From Acidobacteriota bacterium (lineage in GTDB: Bacteria; Acidobacteriota; Polarisedimenticolia; JACPZX01; DASXTC01), in NCBI GenBank assembly GCA_045402695.1, contig JAWPNA010000286.1, positions 1-37,738 of the forward strand: a stretch of DNA of 37,738 bases. The letters are read 5' to 3'. Below, piece by piece: positions 17,701 to 27,732 of the stretch; position 1 is the first letter of the stretch; every line of letters begins with the position of its first letter. A program made the position numbers and the translations under genes. The notes beneath the pieces were generated by a model. That model saw only the letters and a program-made list of their open reading frames with translations, was not told the DNA's origin and did no database searches.

Positions 17701-20224
17701 CGGAAAGTCCACCCTCGCGTTCGACATCCTCTTCGCCGAAGGGCAGAGACGTTACATCGACTCGCTTTCGGCCTACGCGCGGCAGTACATCAGACAGCTC
17801 CACCGGCCCGATGTGGATTTGGTGCTCGGCATCCCGCCCACCATCAGCATCGAGCAGCGCATGTCGCAGGGCGGGCGCAAGTCCACGGTCGCGACGGTGA
17901 CCGAGGTGTACCACTACCTCCGCCTCCTGTATTCACGGGTCGGTGTCCAGCGCTGCCACCAGTGCGGACTCCAGGTGGCCTCGTGGACCATCCCCGACAT
18001 GGTGGACGACATCGTGCAGACCGCCGCGGGACGGCTGGTTCGGTTGTGCGCGCCCGTGGTGGTGAACCGCAAAGGGGTCCACCGGGAGGTGATCGCCAGG
18101 CTTCGAAGGGAAGGTTTCAAGATGGCGCGCATCGACGGGCGTTTCTTTGACTTGGCGAAGGTGACGTCGCTCGATCGCTTCCGCGAACACAGTATCGACG
18201 CGCTCGTGGGGCTGGCGGAGGTCAGTGGACGCAAGAGAAGGTCGATCGAGTCGCTGGTGGAGCGCGCGCTCAAGGCCGGACGCGGTGCCTTCTATTGCGC
18301 GCCGCACGGCGCGGGGAGCCGAGCGGAGAAGTTCTACTCGCTCGAGAGGTCGTGCCTGCGGTGCCGGATCTCGTTCCCGCAGCTCGACCCGCACCATTTC
18401 TCTTTCGTGAGCCGGCACGGTGCGTGCCCCGAGTGTTCCGGCTACGGCGTGGCCGTGGCGCAGGCGCGCGATCTCGAGGAGGACCAGCACCTCGCGGAGG
18501 TGGCCGAGGAGGCCGTCATCTACGACGACCTGGGCCCCGCGTGCGCTGCTTGCGGCGGCGCGCGCCTGAGACCCGAGAGCCGGGCTGTGGAGATCTGCGG
18601 CTCCCGCATCCACGAGATCACGTCCCTCGGGTGCGGCGAAGCGCTGTCCTGGGGCCGCGCGCTCAAGCTGGCGGGGCGGAGCCAGGTGATCGCGGCCGAT
18701 ATCATCCGGGAGATCCTCCCCCGGCTGGAGTTTCTCGGGGAGGTCGGTCTGGCCTACCTGACGCTGGACCGATCGGTCACGTCGCTTTCGGGAGGGGAGG
18801 CGCAGAGGATCAGGCTGGCGGCCCAGCTCGGCTCGAACCTGCGCGGCGTCTGCTACATCCTCGACGAACCGACCATCGGACTGCACCCGAGCGACAACGC
18901 TCGGCTCCTGCGCACGCTGAAGGAGCTTCGAGATCGAGGCAACACGATCCTGGTGGTGGAGCATGACGAGGAGACGATCCGCTCGGCGGACTGGATCATC
19001 GATCTGGGGCCCGGGGCGGGCAGGGAAGGCGGATCGCTCGTGGCCGAGGGCCTCCTGTCCGACATCATGGCGGCGCCCGGCTCGCTGACGGGACGGTTTC
19101 TCGCGGGCGGCGGGCGCGCGTCCTTGAGGAGGCGGCGCCACCCGGCGCGGTGGATCGAGGTCCGCGGGGCGTCGCACCACAACCTAAAGGATCTCGACGT
19201 GAAGTTTCCCGTGGGGGTGCTCACCTGTGTCACGGGAGTATCCGGATCCGGAAAGAGCACGCTGGTGCGAGACGTGCTGTATCGCGGGATGCGGCGTCTG
19301 CTTTACGCAGATCAGCCTGCCGCCGGCCGGCACCGGGAGATCCGGGGAGCGGACGCTGTGTCACGCGTCGTGGAGGTCGATCAGAGCCCCATCGGCAAGA
19401 CGCCCCGCTCCATCCCCGCGTCGTACGTGGGCTTCTTCTCGGAGATCCGGAAGGTCTTCGCCATGGTTCCAGAGGCCCGCGCCCGCGGCTACGCGGCCGG
19501 CCGGTTCTCCTTCAACGTGGGCAGCGGCCGCTGCGCGGCATGCGCCGGTCAGGGACGAGTCCGTGTGGAGATGAGCTTCCTCCCCGAGGTCTGGATCGGT
19601 TGCGATGCCTGCTCCGGCCGGCGCTACACAGCTGAGACCTTGGAGATCCGCTTCAAGGGAAAGACGATGGCCGAGGTGCTCGGCATGACGGTTGCGGAGG
19701 CGGTGCCGTTCTTCGAGAACATCCCGTCCATCGCCCGCTTCGTGCGGGTCATGGATGATCTGGGCCTAGGATACCTGACTCTGGGACAGTCCTCGCCCAC
19801 GCTCTCCGGAGGCGAGGCGCAGCGCGTCAAGCTGGCGGAGGAGCTGGGTAAGCCGTCGCGCGCCCGCACGTTGTACACCCTCGATGAACCGACCACCGGT
19901 CTCCATTTCGCCGATGTCGAGCGCCTGATGAAGGCCCTGCATCAACTGGTCGATCAGGGAAACACCGTGGTCCTGATCGAGCACAACCTGGACGTCATCG
20001 CCGGGGCGGATCACGTCATCGATCTGGGGCCGGGCGGAGGCGAGGAGGGGGGCCGGGCGGTGGCCGAGGGGACGCCCGAAGCGATTGCCCGAACCCCAAG
20101 CTCGCTCACGGGAGTCTATCTGTGCGACAGGCTTCCCGAGTTCCGGGCCACGCCTCGGGAAGCCGGGCCGCAGGCCCGATACCCGGAATTATCTACGGAG
20201 CTTCCGACTCAGGACACCAGGTAG
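14729..20224 (+). CDS. uvrA: Double-length (tandem-fused) excinuclease ABC subunit A
   Basis: Four Walker A motifs ([36 protein letters not shown]), four LSGGE signatures, two AEGQRRYI motifs, FSFN motifs and CxxC zinc fingers. The second UvrA unit starts near 17600. Confidence 0.96.
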   Translation: MTRGQAASISVIGARQNNLKGFNLEIPIGEMVVLTGVSGSGKSSLAFDTIYAEGQRRYIESFSAYARQFLDRMDRPAVDRIDGIPPAIAIDQADPVRSSRSTVGTMTEINDYMKLLFTRVGRLHCRGCGREVMPDTPETIAARLAALSPGVRLIITFPHRAPKGWKWNQIREELARLGFHRIFRDGSAVPTEDLDSSVRPQRAYEVIVDRVSWDPDHRPRILESLEQALAYGAGRATVHLIDDGASFPFSTGRHCAGCDIAYRDPLPSFFSFNNPLGACVGCQGFGRVIEIDLGKVIPDPRVALAAGAIKPWTTAAYAQEARDLARYCRRMKIPMDVPFGLLSEESRRVIIDGDKERGWSGVRGFFRWLESRTYKMHIRVLLSRYRGYTVCASCGGARLNPEGLLYRVGGLDIAQVYGMPVGEAARFFDALPLGLFERKAAELLLREIRARLKYLVEVGLAYLTLDRQSRTLSGGEVQRVNLTTALGSSLVNTLYVLDEPSIGLHPRDNRRLISILKGLRSLGNTILVVEHEPEVMREADRLIEMGPGAGEAGGRVVFNGTFREALKSPACLTGKYLSGRLSIPVPRVRRPVVPERGLRLTGGTCHNVRGLDLDIPLNAFVCITGVSGSGKSTLVEKILYDTIRAMGTGGPALGGPALGDDERVTVGAIQGLHQIADVEMVDQSPIGRTPRANPVTYLKAFDPIRALFASQPAARDRGYGPGTFSFNSSGGRCEVCRGEGFQRVEMQFLSDIFIVCPECRRSRYRKEVLEIVYRGSNIAAVLEMTAREALEFFRDQPVVVSRLQPLIDVGLGYMRLGQPVNTLSGGESQRLKLSRHLAAGGRGGVLFLFDEPTTGLHFDDVKVLLTALDRLIEAGNSVLVIEHNLEVIKCADWVIDLGPDAGEAGGRVVAAGTPEEIASAGETGASVTGRYLIEALRFSSRGADTTGQIPAPAPTEEGVIRVLGAREHNLRGIDVSVPRDRLVVVTGLSGSGKSTLAFDILFAEGQRRYIDSLSAYARQYIRQLHRPDVDLVLGIPPTISIEQRMSQGGRKSTVATVTEVYHYLRLLYSRVGVQRCHQCGLQVASWTIPDMVDDIVQTAAGRLVRLCAPVVVNRKGVHREVIARLRREGFKMARIDGRFFDLAKVTSLDRFREHSIDALVGLAEVSGRKRRSIESLVERALKAGRGAFYCAPHGAGSRAEKFYSLERSCLRCRISFPQLDPHHFSFVSRHGACPECSGYGVAVAQARDLEEDQHLAEVAEEAVIYDDLGPACAACGGARLRPESRAVEICGSRIHEITSLGCGEALSWGRALKLAGRSQVIAADIIREILPRLEFLGEVGLAYLTLDRSVTSLSGGEAQRIRLAAQLGSNLRGVCYILDEPTIGLHPSDNARLLRTLKELRDRGNTILVVEHDEETIRSADWIIDLGPGAGREGGSLVAEGLLSDIMAAPGSLTGRFLAGGGRASLRRRRHPARWIEVRGASHHNLKDLDVKFPVGVLTCVTGVSGSGKSTLVRDVLYRGMRRLLYADQPAAGRHREIRGADAVSRVVEVDQSPIGKTPRSIPASYVGFFSEIRKVFAMVPEARARGYAAGRFSFNVGSGRCAACAGQGRVRVEMSFLPEVWIGCDACSGRRYTAETLEIRFKGKTMAEVLGMTVAEAVPFFENIPSIARFVRVMDDLGLGYLTLGQSSPTLSGGEAQRVKLAEELGKPSRARTLYTLDEPTTGLHFADVERLMKALHQLVDQGNTVVLIEHNLDVIAGADHVIDLGPGGGEEGGRAVAEGTPEAIARTPSSLTGVYLCDRLPEFRATPREAGPQARYPELSTELPTQDTR
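16673..16702 (+). repeat. 15-bp tandem duplication inside uvrA ([10 protein letters not shown])
   Basis: GGCGGGCCGGCCCTC followed by GGCGGGCCGGCCCTT, in frame. Confidence 0.8.
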
Positions 20225-21525
20225 TAGGCCGGCACGAGGATGAAGCGAAGGATGCAGAGGTTGGCAGCGACCATTCCGGCCACCAGGACGCCGGCCCCGC
20301 GCGGCGAGAGCGCCGGCAAACGGAGACTTCGCGCTGTCTGAAGCAGCCCCGCGCACATCATGATGCAGATCGGACCGATCACCGGGAACAGGAATCTTCC
20401 CTGGGCCTGTGTGAACGTGAGGTTGTAGACCACGATCTGGATGAGCTGGATGGCGATGGCGGCGGCGAGCAGCTTGTGAAGCCTCTTGGTGGCGTCATCC
20501 CGCCGCATCGCGAACAGACCGAACACGGCCGCTGCCGTCAGCACGAGCGCCATCGCGTAGAGCACGCCGGGCAGCTCGAGAGACATCCAGCCGAACGTGC
20601 CCCAGAAGGAACGGAACAAGACCGCCGGCATCTCCCCGATGAAATACGACGAGATGAGAGCCTTTCGATCGAGCAGGTTCGGGAGCGTCTCCGCCTGCGC
20701 CGCGGCGCCCAGAGGGTCTCCCATCACACGGAGGTTTCGCAGGAGAAGTGGAGCCGGCAGAGCCAGGGCCGGCGCAAGGAACGCGAGGGCCGCGCGCGTG
20801 TTCCAAGCGGGGCCGTTCCGTCGGGCGAGCCACAGCGCGACGAGACCGCACGGCACCAGCGTGAGAGCGGTGAACTTGGTCAGCAGAGCGAATCCGGCCA
20901 GAACGCCCGCGCCGGCCCAAGTCGCCGTACGGCCCGGGCTCGACATCGCCCGCATCAGGCAGACGAGGGTCGCGGAGGCGAGAAGAGTGGCGAGGTTGTC
21001 GTTGTTGAGGCAGCCAGAGATGAATGTGAACTGAGGGATGAACGCAACCATTGCTGGCGCCATCGACGGCACCAGCAGATCGCCCGTCCCCGATCCCATG
21101 AAATGGACAAGCAGGACTGTCGCCGCTCCCATCGCGACGGAAAGCAATCTCAGCCAGTGGAGCGTCCTGGCCGACCCCGCCAGCGGGGGGGACTCGTCCT
21201 CGTCGTGCAGGTACTTGTTCTCCTCGCGCCCTCCGTACCACCGGAACGCAGGGTTCCTGCGCGGCTCCAGGGCCACGGGGCCCAGGGACGCCACGCGCGC
21301 CACGGAAGCGGCCAACGCGTAGTAGAGCGGTGGCTGATGCGCTTCTCCCGGCGCGTCGATCCCTGGCACGGGCAGCCGTTGATGATCGAGAAGAAAGTTG
21401 ACGTAACGGGCGTGGCCCGTCTCGTCCGGGGACTCGAAGGGAGGCGTGGCCAGACTCCAGAGGGCCGCGCACAGGGCGAACAGCCCGACGATGATCGCGA
21501 GGAGGAGGCAGCGCTGTTGTTCCAC
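20209..21525 (-). CDS. GT-C fold integral membrane glycosyltransferase (ArnT/PMT-like)
   Basis: First TM helix followed by [11 protein letters not shown] (DE motif), HQPPLYY, NNDN, ALLTKFT and QGRFLFP, with many TM segments. Start set to GTG 21525 because the longer ORF overlaps the divergent gene. Confidence 0.8.
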   Translation of the reverse strand: MEQQRCLLLAIIVGLFALCAALWSLATPPFESPDETGHARYVNFLLDHQRLPVPGIDAPGEAHQPPLYYALAASVARVASLGPVALEPRRNPAFRWYGGREENKYLHDEDESPPLAGSARTLHWLRLLSVAMGAATVLLVHFMGSGTGDLLVPSMAPAMVAFIPQFTFISGCLNNDNLATLLASATLVCLMRAMSSPGRTATWAGAGVLAGFALLTKFTALTLVPCGLVALWLARRNGPAWNTRAALAFLAPALALPAPLLLRNLRVMGDPLGAAAQAETLPNLLDRKALISSYFIGEMPAVLFRSFWGTFGWMSLELPGVLYAMALVLTAAAVFGLFAMRRDDATKRLHKLLAAAIAIQLIQIVVYNLTFTQAQGRFLFPVIGPICIMMCAGLLQTARSLRLPALSPRGAGVLVAGMVAANLCILRFILVPAYYLVS

Positions 21526-21532
21526 GCCCGCG

Positions 21533-21540
21533 AATATAAT
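21533..21540. promoter_or_regulatory. Overlapping back-to-back -10 elements
   Basis: TATAAT on + (21535-21540, toward the dehydratase) and TATATT on - (21538-21533, 7 nt before the GT-C GTG). Confidence 0.55.
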
Positions 21541-21574
21541 GCCTTGGGTCGGCACAGGCACAGGGAGGCCCGGG

Positions 21575-22522
21575 ATGGTCAGCATCGAGGATGTGAGACG
21601 AGCGCGCGAGGTCACGGCGGGATTCCTTCACAGGACCCCACTGGTGGGCTCGGCGACCCTCTCTCGCCGCGCCGGGAGACCTGTCTACCTCAAGCTGGAG
21701 AATCTGCAGAAGACGGGGTCATTCAAGCCGAGAGGAGCGCTCACCAAGCTCAAGAGCCTCGGGGCGGCGGAGATTCGCGGCGGGGTGATCACGATCTCCG
21801 CAGGCAATCACGCCCAAGGCGTCGCGTACGCCGCGGGGCTCGTGGGCACACGCGCCGTCGTGGTGATGCCGGCCGCGGCTTCTCCGATGAAAGCCGAAGC
21901 GGCCCGTTCCTACGGGGCCGAGGTTATCCTGCACGGCGACGCGTCCGAAGCCTTCCTCAAGGTCGAGGAACTGCGCGTGGAAAGAGGGCTGACCTTCGTT
22001 CATCCGTTTGACGACGACGCGACGATCGCTGGACAGGGGACGACGGGGCTGGAGATCTTGGAGGATCTGCCCGACGTCGAATGCGTGGTCGTGGGGATCG
22101 GAGGAGGCGGGCTCATCTCGGGTGTGGCGGTGGCGGTGAAGGCCCTGCGCCCATCGGCCCGGGTGGTTGGGGTGGAACCCTCGGGCGCGGCGGCGATGCA
22201 CCTGAGCCGGCGGCAGGGATCCCCGGCGCGGCTCGCGCGCACCGAGACCATTGCCGATGGTCTGGCTGCGCCGTTCGTCGGCGTGCGCAACTTCGAGATC
22301 GTCGAGTATCTCGTGGACGATCTCGTGCTGGTCGAGGATTCGGAGATCCGGTCGGCCATGCGGCTGCTGCTGGAGAGGTGCAAAGTGCTGGCCGAGCCGG
22401 CCGGCGCCGCCGCGACGGCGGCTCTGCTGGCAGGGAAGGTACCCGGTTCCGGGGCCACGGCCGTCATCATCAGCGGCGGCAACGTGTCGCTCGATGTGCT
22501 GGCCGACTGCCTGGTCGACTGA
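21575..22522 (+). CDS. PLP-dependent threonine/serine dehydratase (short type, no regulatory domain)
   Basis: LKLENLQKTGSFKPRGA, SAGNHAQG, HPFDD, GQGT, GGGGL, TIADG, EPAGA and SGGN. GGGAGG SD before ATG 21575. Confidence 0.92.
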   Translation: MVSIEDVRRAREVTAGFLHRTPLVGSATLSRRAGRPVYLKLENLQKTGSFKPRGALTKLKSLGAAEIRGGVITISAGNHAQGVAYAAGLVGTRAVVVMPAAASPMKAEAARSYGAEVILHGDASEAFLKVEELRVERGLTFVHPFDDDATIAGQGTTGLEILEDLPDVECVVVGIGGGGLISGVAVAVKALRPSARVVGVEPSGAAAMHLSRRQGSPARLARTETIADGLAAPFVGVRNFEIVEYLVDDLVLVEDSEIRSAMRLLLERCKVLAEPAGAAATAALLAGKVPGSGATAVIISGGNVSLDVLADCLVD

Positions 22523-22524
22523 GT

Positions 22525-22947
22525 TCAGCGACTCCCGGCGGTTTCCTTCAACAGAGCCAGGATTCGTCTTCCGCCCACGATCTGGTCCTTGCGTGCCTCC
22601 GCCGCGGCGATCAGCTTGTCGAGATCGATGCGGCTCTCCTCCATGAAATCCCGGATGCGAGCCTTCATCGATCGTTCGACGATCGTCTCCGCGAGGGCGT
22701 AGGCGATGAAGAGTAGAATCACGGACACCAGTCCGCAGGCGATGACCACCCGGAGGACCGCCATGGTCCCACCGGCTCCTACGGTCCAGGATCCGTACCC
22801 GAGCGCGAGGGCGAAGCCGGCCGCGGCGCACACGAGGACGGCGATCCAGCATCCTGCACGGGCCACCCGCACCCGTTCAAAGGCTGCAAGCCGCGCGCCG
22901 CAACTTGTGAGGAACTGCGGAGTGGTCTCCATCAGAGGTCGGATCAT
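22525..22947 (-). CDS. Small hypothetical membrane protein (two TM helices)
   Basis: Two hydrophobic segments and a charged C-terminus; fills the gap between recognised genes. Start uncertain (22947 or 22932). Confidence 0.55.
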   Translation of the reverse strand: MIRPLMETTPQFLTSCGARLAAFERVRVARAGCWIAVLVCAAAGFALALGYGSWTVGAGGTMAVLRVVIACGLVSVILLFIAYALAETIVERSMKARIRDFMEESRIDLDKLIAAAEARKDQIVGGRRILALLKETAGSR

Positions 22948-22991
22948 CTACACGAACGCGGCGCTGTCAAGCGGGGCCGTCGGCGCGCACC

Positions 22992-23020
22992 TTGACCCGC
23001 CGGGCGGGTCTGGCTAGTAT
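22992..23020 (+). promoter_or_regulatory. Sigma70-type promoter for the radical SAM gene
   Basis: TTGACC-N17-TAGTAT. A GACCCGC-cgg-GCGGGTC inverted repeat overlaps the -35 and spacer. Confidence 0.55.
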
Positions 23021-23076
23021 AAGTAGTGTATTTTCAAAGTTTTAGTATCCGATCGCGGAGAGATCCAGGGGAAACG

Positions 23077-24159
23077 ATGAGCCGGTCGAGTCAGCCAGAC
23101 GACGAGAAAAACAGCCCTGCCGGCCTGCACGAGGCCCGCTGGTGGCGGACGGAGGAGGACGGCAAGATTCTGTGCTACCTCTGTCCGCGCTTCTGCCGCA
23201 TTGCCGACGGTCAGGCGGGCTTCTGCTTCATCAGGAAGAACCTTCACGGCACGCTTTACTCGCTGGCGTACGGCCAGCCATGCGCTCTCCAGATCGATCC
23301 GATCGAAAAGAAACCGCTATTTCACTTCATGCCGGGCTCGCGCATTCTCTCCATGGGAACCGCGGGCTGCAACATGGGGTGCAAGTTCTGCCAGAACTGG
23401 GAGATCTCCAAGGCCCGCGAGGATCAAGTCCAGTCCGGCCATCTCGAACCTGACGAAGCGGTGGCCAGCGCGGGAGCCCACGGATGCGGGTCGCTCGCGT
23501 TCACGTACAACGAGCCGACCATCTGGGGTGAATACGTGATCGATATCTCGCGGCGCGCTCGCGCGTCCGGTCTGAACACAGTGATGGTCACCAATGGTTA
23601 TGTGACCCGCGAGGCGTTGCGGGACATCTACCAATGGATCGACGCGGCGAACGTGGATCTGAAGGGATTCACCGAGGGCTTCTATCACAAGGTCACGCTC
23701 AGCCACCTTGAGCCCGTCCTGGAGGTGCTGCCCGTGCTGAAATCCATGGGAGTCTGGGTGGAGATCACGACACTGCTCATCCCGACCCTCAACGATTCCA
23801 TGGACGAGATCGAGAAGCTGTCGCGATGGGTCCTGGAGCACTTGGGGCCGGAGCAGCCGCTTCACTTCACCGCCTTCCATCCCGATTTCAAGCTCATGGA
23901 CCTGCCAGCCACGCCCCACGACACGGTGCACGAGGCGCGCCGGGTCGCGCTCGATGTCGGTCTGAAACACGTCTACGAGGGGAACGTCCACTGCGAAGAG
24001 GGCGGCGCGACCTACTGTCCCGGCTGCGGCCAGGCCGTCATCCGCCGGTCCTGGCACCGGATCCTGGAGAACAAGATCTCGGACGGACGGTGTCCGTGCG
24101 GCCGGGCCATCGCCGGCTTCTTCGCCGCCAACCGAGCGAGGCGGCCGCAATCCGCGTGA
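23077..24159 (+). CDS. amrS: AmmeMemoRadiSam system radical SAM enzyme
   Basis: N-terminal CYLCPRFC...GFCFIRKN, DPIEKKPLFHF, radical SAM CNMGCKFCQNWEIS, FTYNEP, NVDLK, LHFTAFHP and C-terminal CPGC...CPCG. Confidence 0.93.
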   Translation: MSRSSQPDDEKNSPAGLHEARWWRTEEDGKILCYLCPRFCRIADGQAGFCFIRKNLHGTLYSLAYGQPCALQIDPIEKKPLFHFMPGSRILSMGTAGCNMGCKFCQNWEISKAREDQVQSGHLEPDEAVASAGAHGCGSLAFTYNEPTIWGEYVIDISRRARASGLNTVMVTNGYVTREALRDIYQWIDAANVDLKGFTEGFYHKVTLSHLEPVLEVLPVLKSMGVWVEITTLLIPTLNDSMDEIEKLSRWVLEHLGPEQPLHFTAFHPDFKLMDLPATPHDTVHEARRVALDVGLKHVYEGNVHCEEGGATYCPGCGQAVIRRSWHRILENKISDGRCPCGRAIAGFFAANRARRPQSA

Positions 24160-24172
24160 TACAATCCGCACC

Positions 24173-25759
24173 GTGTCAGGCCTGATCATCGAAGGTGGCA
24201 TCTATCTCCTTCTCTTTCTGACTCCCTTCGCTTTCGGTGGCATCGAGGCGTGGGCGCAGGGGATCATCCAGATTCTCTCGGGCATTATCGTGGCTGTCTG
24301 GGCGTGGGGCGCGCTGGATCGGGGACGCGCAGCGAGGCTCAGCGGTTCGCCCGTGGGTCCGGCGGGCGGGCTTTCCGTCTGGGTCCCCATGATCCTCTTC
24401 CTCCTGGTGATCTCTTTTCAGCTCGTGCCGCTCCCGCCGGGATGGATTCAACGCCTCTCGCCCGGCACCGATGATCTCTACCGGCGCACGTTGCCCGGTT
24501 ACGTGGAGGGGTCCGGATCCGACTCAGTCAGCCTGCCGTCGTGGCTCCTCGCGACTCAGTCCGGAAAGCTTCCCGTATCCTCCGCGGAATCGAAGATTGA
24601 CGCCAGCCTGTTGAACCCGCCGGGCGGCTCCGCTGGCTTCGCGGCAGGTTCCAACGCCAGGAGAACCCTTTCGATCTACACCTTCGAGACCCGTCAGCGG
24701 TTCGCACTCCTGTTGTGCTACGTGGGGCTGTTCGCCGTCGCGGGAAGCTATTACAACAGCAAGGATCGGCTGGCGCGACTCATGGGAGTCGCAGCGCTTT
24801 CCGGCTTCGCGGTGTCCTTGTTCGGAATCATCCAGAAGCTGGACTGGAACGGAAAGCTCTATTGGATTCGCGAAGGAACGTACGGCAACATCTTCGGGCC
24901 GTTCGTGAACAGGAACAACTACGCCGCCTTCGCCGGTACGGTGCTGCCGGTGGCGGTCTGCATGGGACTGTACTCGCTGAAACGGATGGAGGAGGGGCAC
25001 CGGGATGCCCTGCCGCGACTGCTGCTCTGGAGCTTCGCGGCGGCCACGATGGCGGGCGGCATATGCTATTCACTATCGCGCGGCGGCATTCTCTCGACGG
25101 CGCTCTCGTTCGTGGTGGTAGCCATCCTGCTGATTTACTTCGGAGCGCGCGGCAGAGACCTGGCGGTGCTGGGCGGAATGATGGCGGCGTCGGCCGGACT
25201 CCTGTTCTGGCTCGGTCCGGAGAAAGTCGTCGAGAGGGTCAGTACCTTGTCGGAGGGGCAGAATCTCGAGACGATGACGCTGCGCTTCGGGACCTGGAAG
25301 CGGTGCCTCGACCTCATCGCCGATCACCCCGTCTTCGGCACCGGCCTGGGCACGTTCCGCTACGGCTTCATGCGCTACGCTCCTCCGGGTGAGACCTGGT
25401 GGACCTTCGCGGACAACGAGTACGTGGAGTTGATTTGCGACACCGGGCTCATCGGTGGAGGTCTGCTGCTGGCCGGCTTCATGGGGTACCTGCTCCATGT
25501 GGCACGGCCGGCCCGCATCCGTGGCAGCTCCGACCGGTACGCCTACACGGGACTCGCCGCCGGGCTGATCGCGCTGCTGATTCACTCAGCCGTGAGCTCA
25601 AATCTCCAGATGCCGGCCAACGCGCTGCTTCTGGCCGTTCTTGGCGGAGCACTGCTGGGCGTCGCGAGGCGGCAGGAGTCGCTCTTCTCGCGGCAGTCCC
25701 GTTCCGAGGGCCGACCTGCACTTCCCTGGGCGGGTGACGCGACCGGGAGGAGGGTGTGA
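24173..25759 (+). CDS. O-antigen ligase / Wzy_C family membrane protein
   Basis: Multi-TM protein with GPFVNRNNYAA, SLSRGG, R...W...HPVFGTGLGTF, ADNEY...DTG (canonically AHNxY) and a C-terminal LIHS...NLQMPAN. Confidence 0.85.
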   Translation: MSGLIIEGGIYLLLFLTPFAFGGIEAWAQGIIQILSGIIVAVWAWGALDRGRAARLSGSPVGPAGGLSVWVPMILFLLVISFQLVPLPPGWIQRLSPGTDDLYRRTLPGYVEGSGSDSVSLPSWLLATQSGKLPVSSAESKIDASLLNPPGGSAGFAAGSNARRTLSIYTFETRQRFALLLCYVGLFAVAGSYYNSKDRLARLMGVAALSGFAVSLFGIIQKLDWNGKLYWIREGTYGNIFGPFVNRNNYAAFAGTVLPVAVCMGLYSLKRMEEGHRDALPRLLLWSFAAATMAGGICYSLSRGGILSTALSFVVVAILLIYFGARGRDLAVLGGMMAASAGLLFWLGPEKVVERVSTLSEGQNLETMTLRFGTWKRCLDLIADHPVFGTGLGTFRYGFMRYAPPGETWWTFADNEYVELICDTGLIGGGLLLAGFMGYLLHVARPARIRGSSDRYAYTGLAAGLIALLIHSAVSSNLQMPANALLLAVLGGALLGVARRQESLFSRQSRSEGRPALPWAGDATGRRV

Positions 25760-27069
25760 GGAACCGGGGATTACAGGCGATCGCTCTCACGATCCTCGTG
25801 CTGCTGAACGGTTATTCGGGAGCCGCCAAGATCTTCGCATTCCGAAATGGATGGACCGGCTCGAAGGCGCTGGCACACGCGGAACTGGATCTCGCTTACA
25901 GCCGCTTCCGAGCCGCTTTGGCCTGGCAGCCCGGCAACGAACCGTACCAGGTCATTGTCGGTCGCGTGATCCGCACGGCTCAATCCAACGGCGTGCCTCT
26001 CGAGGCCCTCGAGGGACATCAGCCGATCGACGTCCTGGGTGTCGGCGTGGATGCCGTCACCTCCGCCATCGCGATGAACCCGGCCGATGCCTGGGCGTGG
26101 TTCAACCTGGCGGAGGTGTACGGGGGGTTTCGGTTCGGGCGGATCAGGCTGGACCGGATGCGGAGCGCGGGCGAGGCCGCCGCGTTGGGAGCGCCTGATC
26201 ATACGAAGGCCTCCGAACCAGCCGCTGTCGGGCTCGACCCTGAAGACAGAATCGCGGCGGCCGCCACCATGAAAGCACTGGAGCTGGAGCCGGAGTTTTT
26301 CTTCTATCATGACTTTCTGGCGAAGCTGTACTGGGACAGGGGTCTGAAAGAGGCCGCTGGGCGGGAGATCAGGGAGAGCTTCGCCCTGATGCCGCGCCTG
26401 GAGGTGCACCCGCTCCGGGACAACCCCAGAATCCTCGAGGAGCTCGCGAACCCGATCCTGGAGGGGATCGATCGGGCGGCATTGAACCCGTCTCTCGATC
26501 CTTCGCTGGCATTGCGGGCTCGGGCCGACGTGCTGGAGCTTCTGGGCCGGAGCCGCGAGGCCATCGCGGCCTGGGAGGATCTCGCACGGCGCGACGCGTC
26601 GGCGCACGCCATCGAATGTGATCTCAACATCGGGAAGCTGCACCAACGTCTGGGCGAGTTCAAGGAGAGCATCCCGTTTCTTGAACGAGTATTAGGGCGA
26701 GATTCCGGGGTCGGAGGGGGCAGGGAAGCCCTCAGCCTCCTGGCGCAGGCCCACGCGCGCCTATCGGATCACCAGCAGGCGATCGCATACCTGAAGCGTT
26801 ACCTGGCCTCGGAGCCGGGAGCCCTCCACGCCTACCTGAGGCTGGGCGATGAGCTGGAGGCGGCGGGCAATCCCAGCGAAGCGGAGCAGGTGCTCGTCAC
26901 AGCGGTTAGAAAATTCCCCGACGAACCGGTGGCCTACGAGGGAGTCATCGCAAGCCTGGTGCGCCACGGCAAGATCGAAGAGGCGAAACTTTATGCTGAG
27001 GCGCTCAGACACAAGGACCCGGCAAGCAAGACGGCGGAAGCTCTCCTCGAGCGGTCCAGAAAAAACTAG
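25756..27069 (+). CDS. TPR-repeat protein with an N-terminal membrane anchor or signal
   Basis: GTGA overlap with the ligase stop; TPR-like units (AIAMNPADAWAWFNLAEVY, ALELEPEFFFYHDFLAKLY, AYLRLGDELEAAG). Confidence 0.8.
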   Translation: MRNRGLQAIALTILVLLNGYSGAAKIFAFRNGWTGSKALAHAELDLAYSRFRAALAWQPGNEPYQVIVGRVIRTAQSNGVPLEALEGHQPIDVLGVGVDAVTSAIAMNPADAWAWFNLAEVYGGFRFGRIRLDRMRSAGEAAALGAPDHTKASEPAAVGLDPEDRIAAAATMKALELEPEFFFYHDFLAKLYWDRGLKEAAGREIRESFALMPRLEVHPLRDNPRILEELANPILEGIDRAALNPSLDPSLALRARADVLELLGRSREAIAAWEDLARRDASAHAIECDLNIGKLHQRLGEFKESIPFLERVLGRDSGVGGGREALSLLAQAHARLSDHQQAIAYLKRYLASEPGALHAYLRLGDELEAAGNPSEAEQVLVTAVRKFPDEPVAYEGVIASLVRHGKIEEAKLYAEALRHKDPASKTAEALLERSRKN

Positions 27070-27273
27070 CAGCGGAAAGGGCCCTGAGCGATACCCCAGT
27101 CGGGGCTAGGGTCCGGTCGGTCCCCCGGGGATGTTGGTGTCCTTGAAGAGCATCTTGCAATCCTGCACTTCGTCCATGCGGAGATCGGAACGACTGGCCA
27201 GACCACTGGGACGAGGGCTGTGAGGGAAATCAGCCTCCTCGTCGCCACGAGAGTACTGCCGCGGAAGCCCTTG

Positions 27274-27316
27274 AAAGCAAACAACCTTCTCCACACCTGG
27301 ACGGCATGGAGAAGGT
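27274..27316 (-). terminator. Rho-independent terminator of the Cys-rich gene
   Basis: On the - strand ACCTTCTCCATGCC-gtcca-GGTGTGGAGAAGGT (14-bp stem with G-U pairs) is followed by TGTTTGCTTT, about 28 nt after the stop at 27344. Confidence 0.75.
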
Positions 27317-27343
27317 CGGATGCATTAGCCAATAACCGGCTTC

Positions 27344-27658
27344 TTACGGCTCGGGTGGTGACTCGCCGTTCTTGATGGCAAGGCAGCGGTCCTTGCAGGC
27401 GAGCTTCACGACGTTGCACAGATCTTTACAGGCGCTGATGCACGCAGTCAGCTCTGGAGATGGGTCGGCGTACAGAGCATGGCAATCGACCTGGCAGCGA
27501 TCGCCGCAACTGTTGTACCCATCGTTGCACCCCTGGATGCAATTCGCGAAATCCCTCGCATTGTCCGCCAGCGAGAGCGTGGGCATCAGCGGCTGCAACA
27601 CAGCTACAAAGGCCGCGACCGCAAGAAACCTGAGAACCCCCCTCGTGATTTTCGGCAT
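27344..27658 (-). CDS. Small secreted protein with 10 Cys in mirror-symmetric spacing
   Basis: Strong SD (AGGAGGAGAGG), signal peptide ending SLA, Cys spacing 3-6-3-3-13-3-3-6-3, own promoter and terminator. Confidence 0.8.
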   Translation of the reverse strand: MPKITRGVLRFLAVAAFVAVLQPLMPTLSLADNARDFANCIQGCNDGYNSCGDRCQVDCHALYADPSPELTACISACKDLCNVVKLACKDRCLAIKNGESPPEP

Positions 27659-27684
27659 ACCTCTCCTCCTGGCACACCTCAGAT

Positions 27685-27732
27685 AGGAAACCTAGGTTAC
27701 CTCTAATGTACCGCGGGATTCCTGAGCGTCAA
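27685..27732 (-). promoter_or_regulatory. Sigma70 promoter plus palindromic operator for the Cys-rich gene
   Basis: On the - strand TTGACG (27732-27727)-N16-TACATT (27710-27705), followed by the near-perfect palindrome AGGAAACCTAGGTTACCT (27685-27702). Confidence 0.6.

Noticed and set aside
27066-27419. Small minus-strand ORFs 27106-27294 and 27066-27419
   Set aside because: They start within or run through the terminator and the Cys-rich gene and have no SD or motifs. About 200 bp here remains unexplained.
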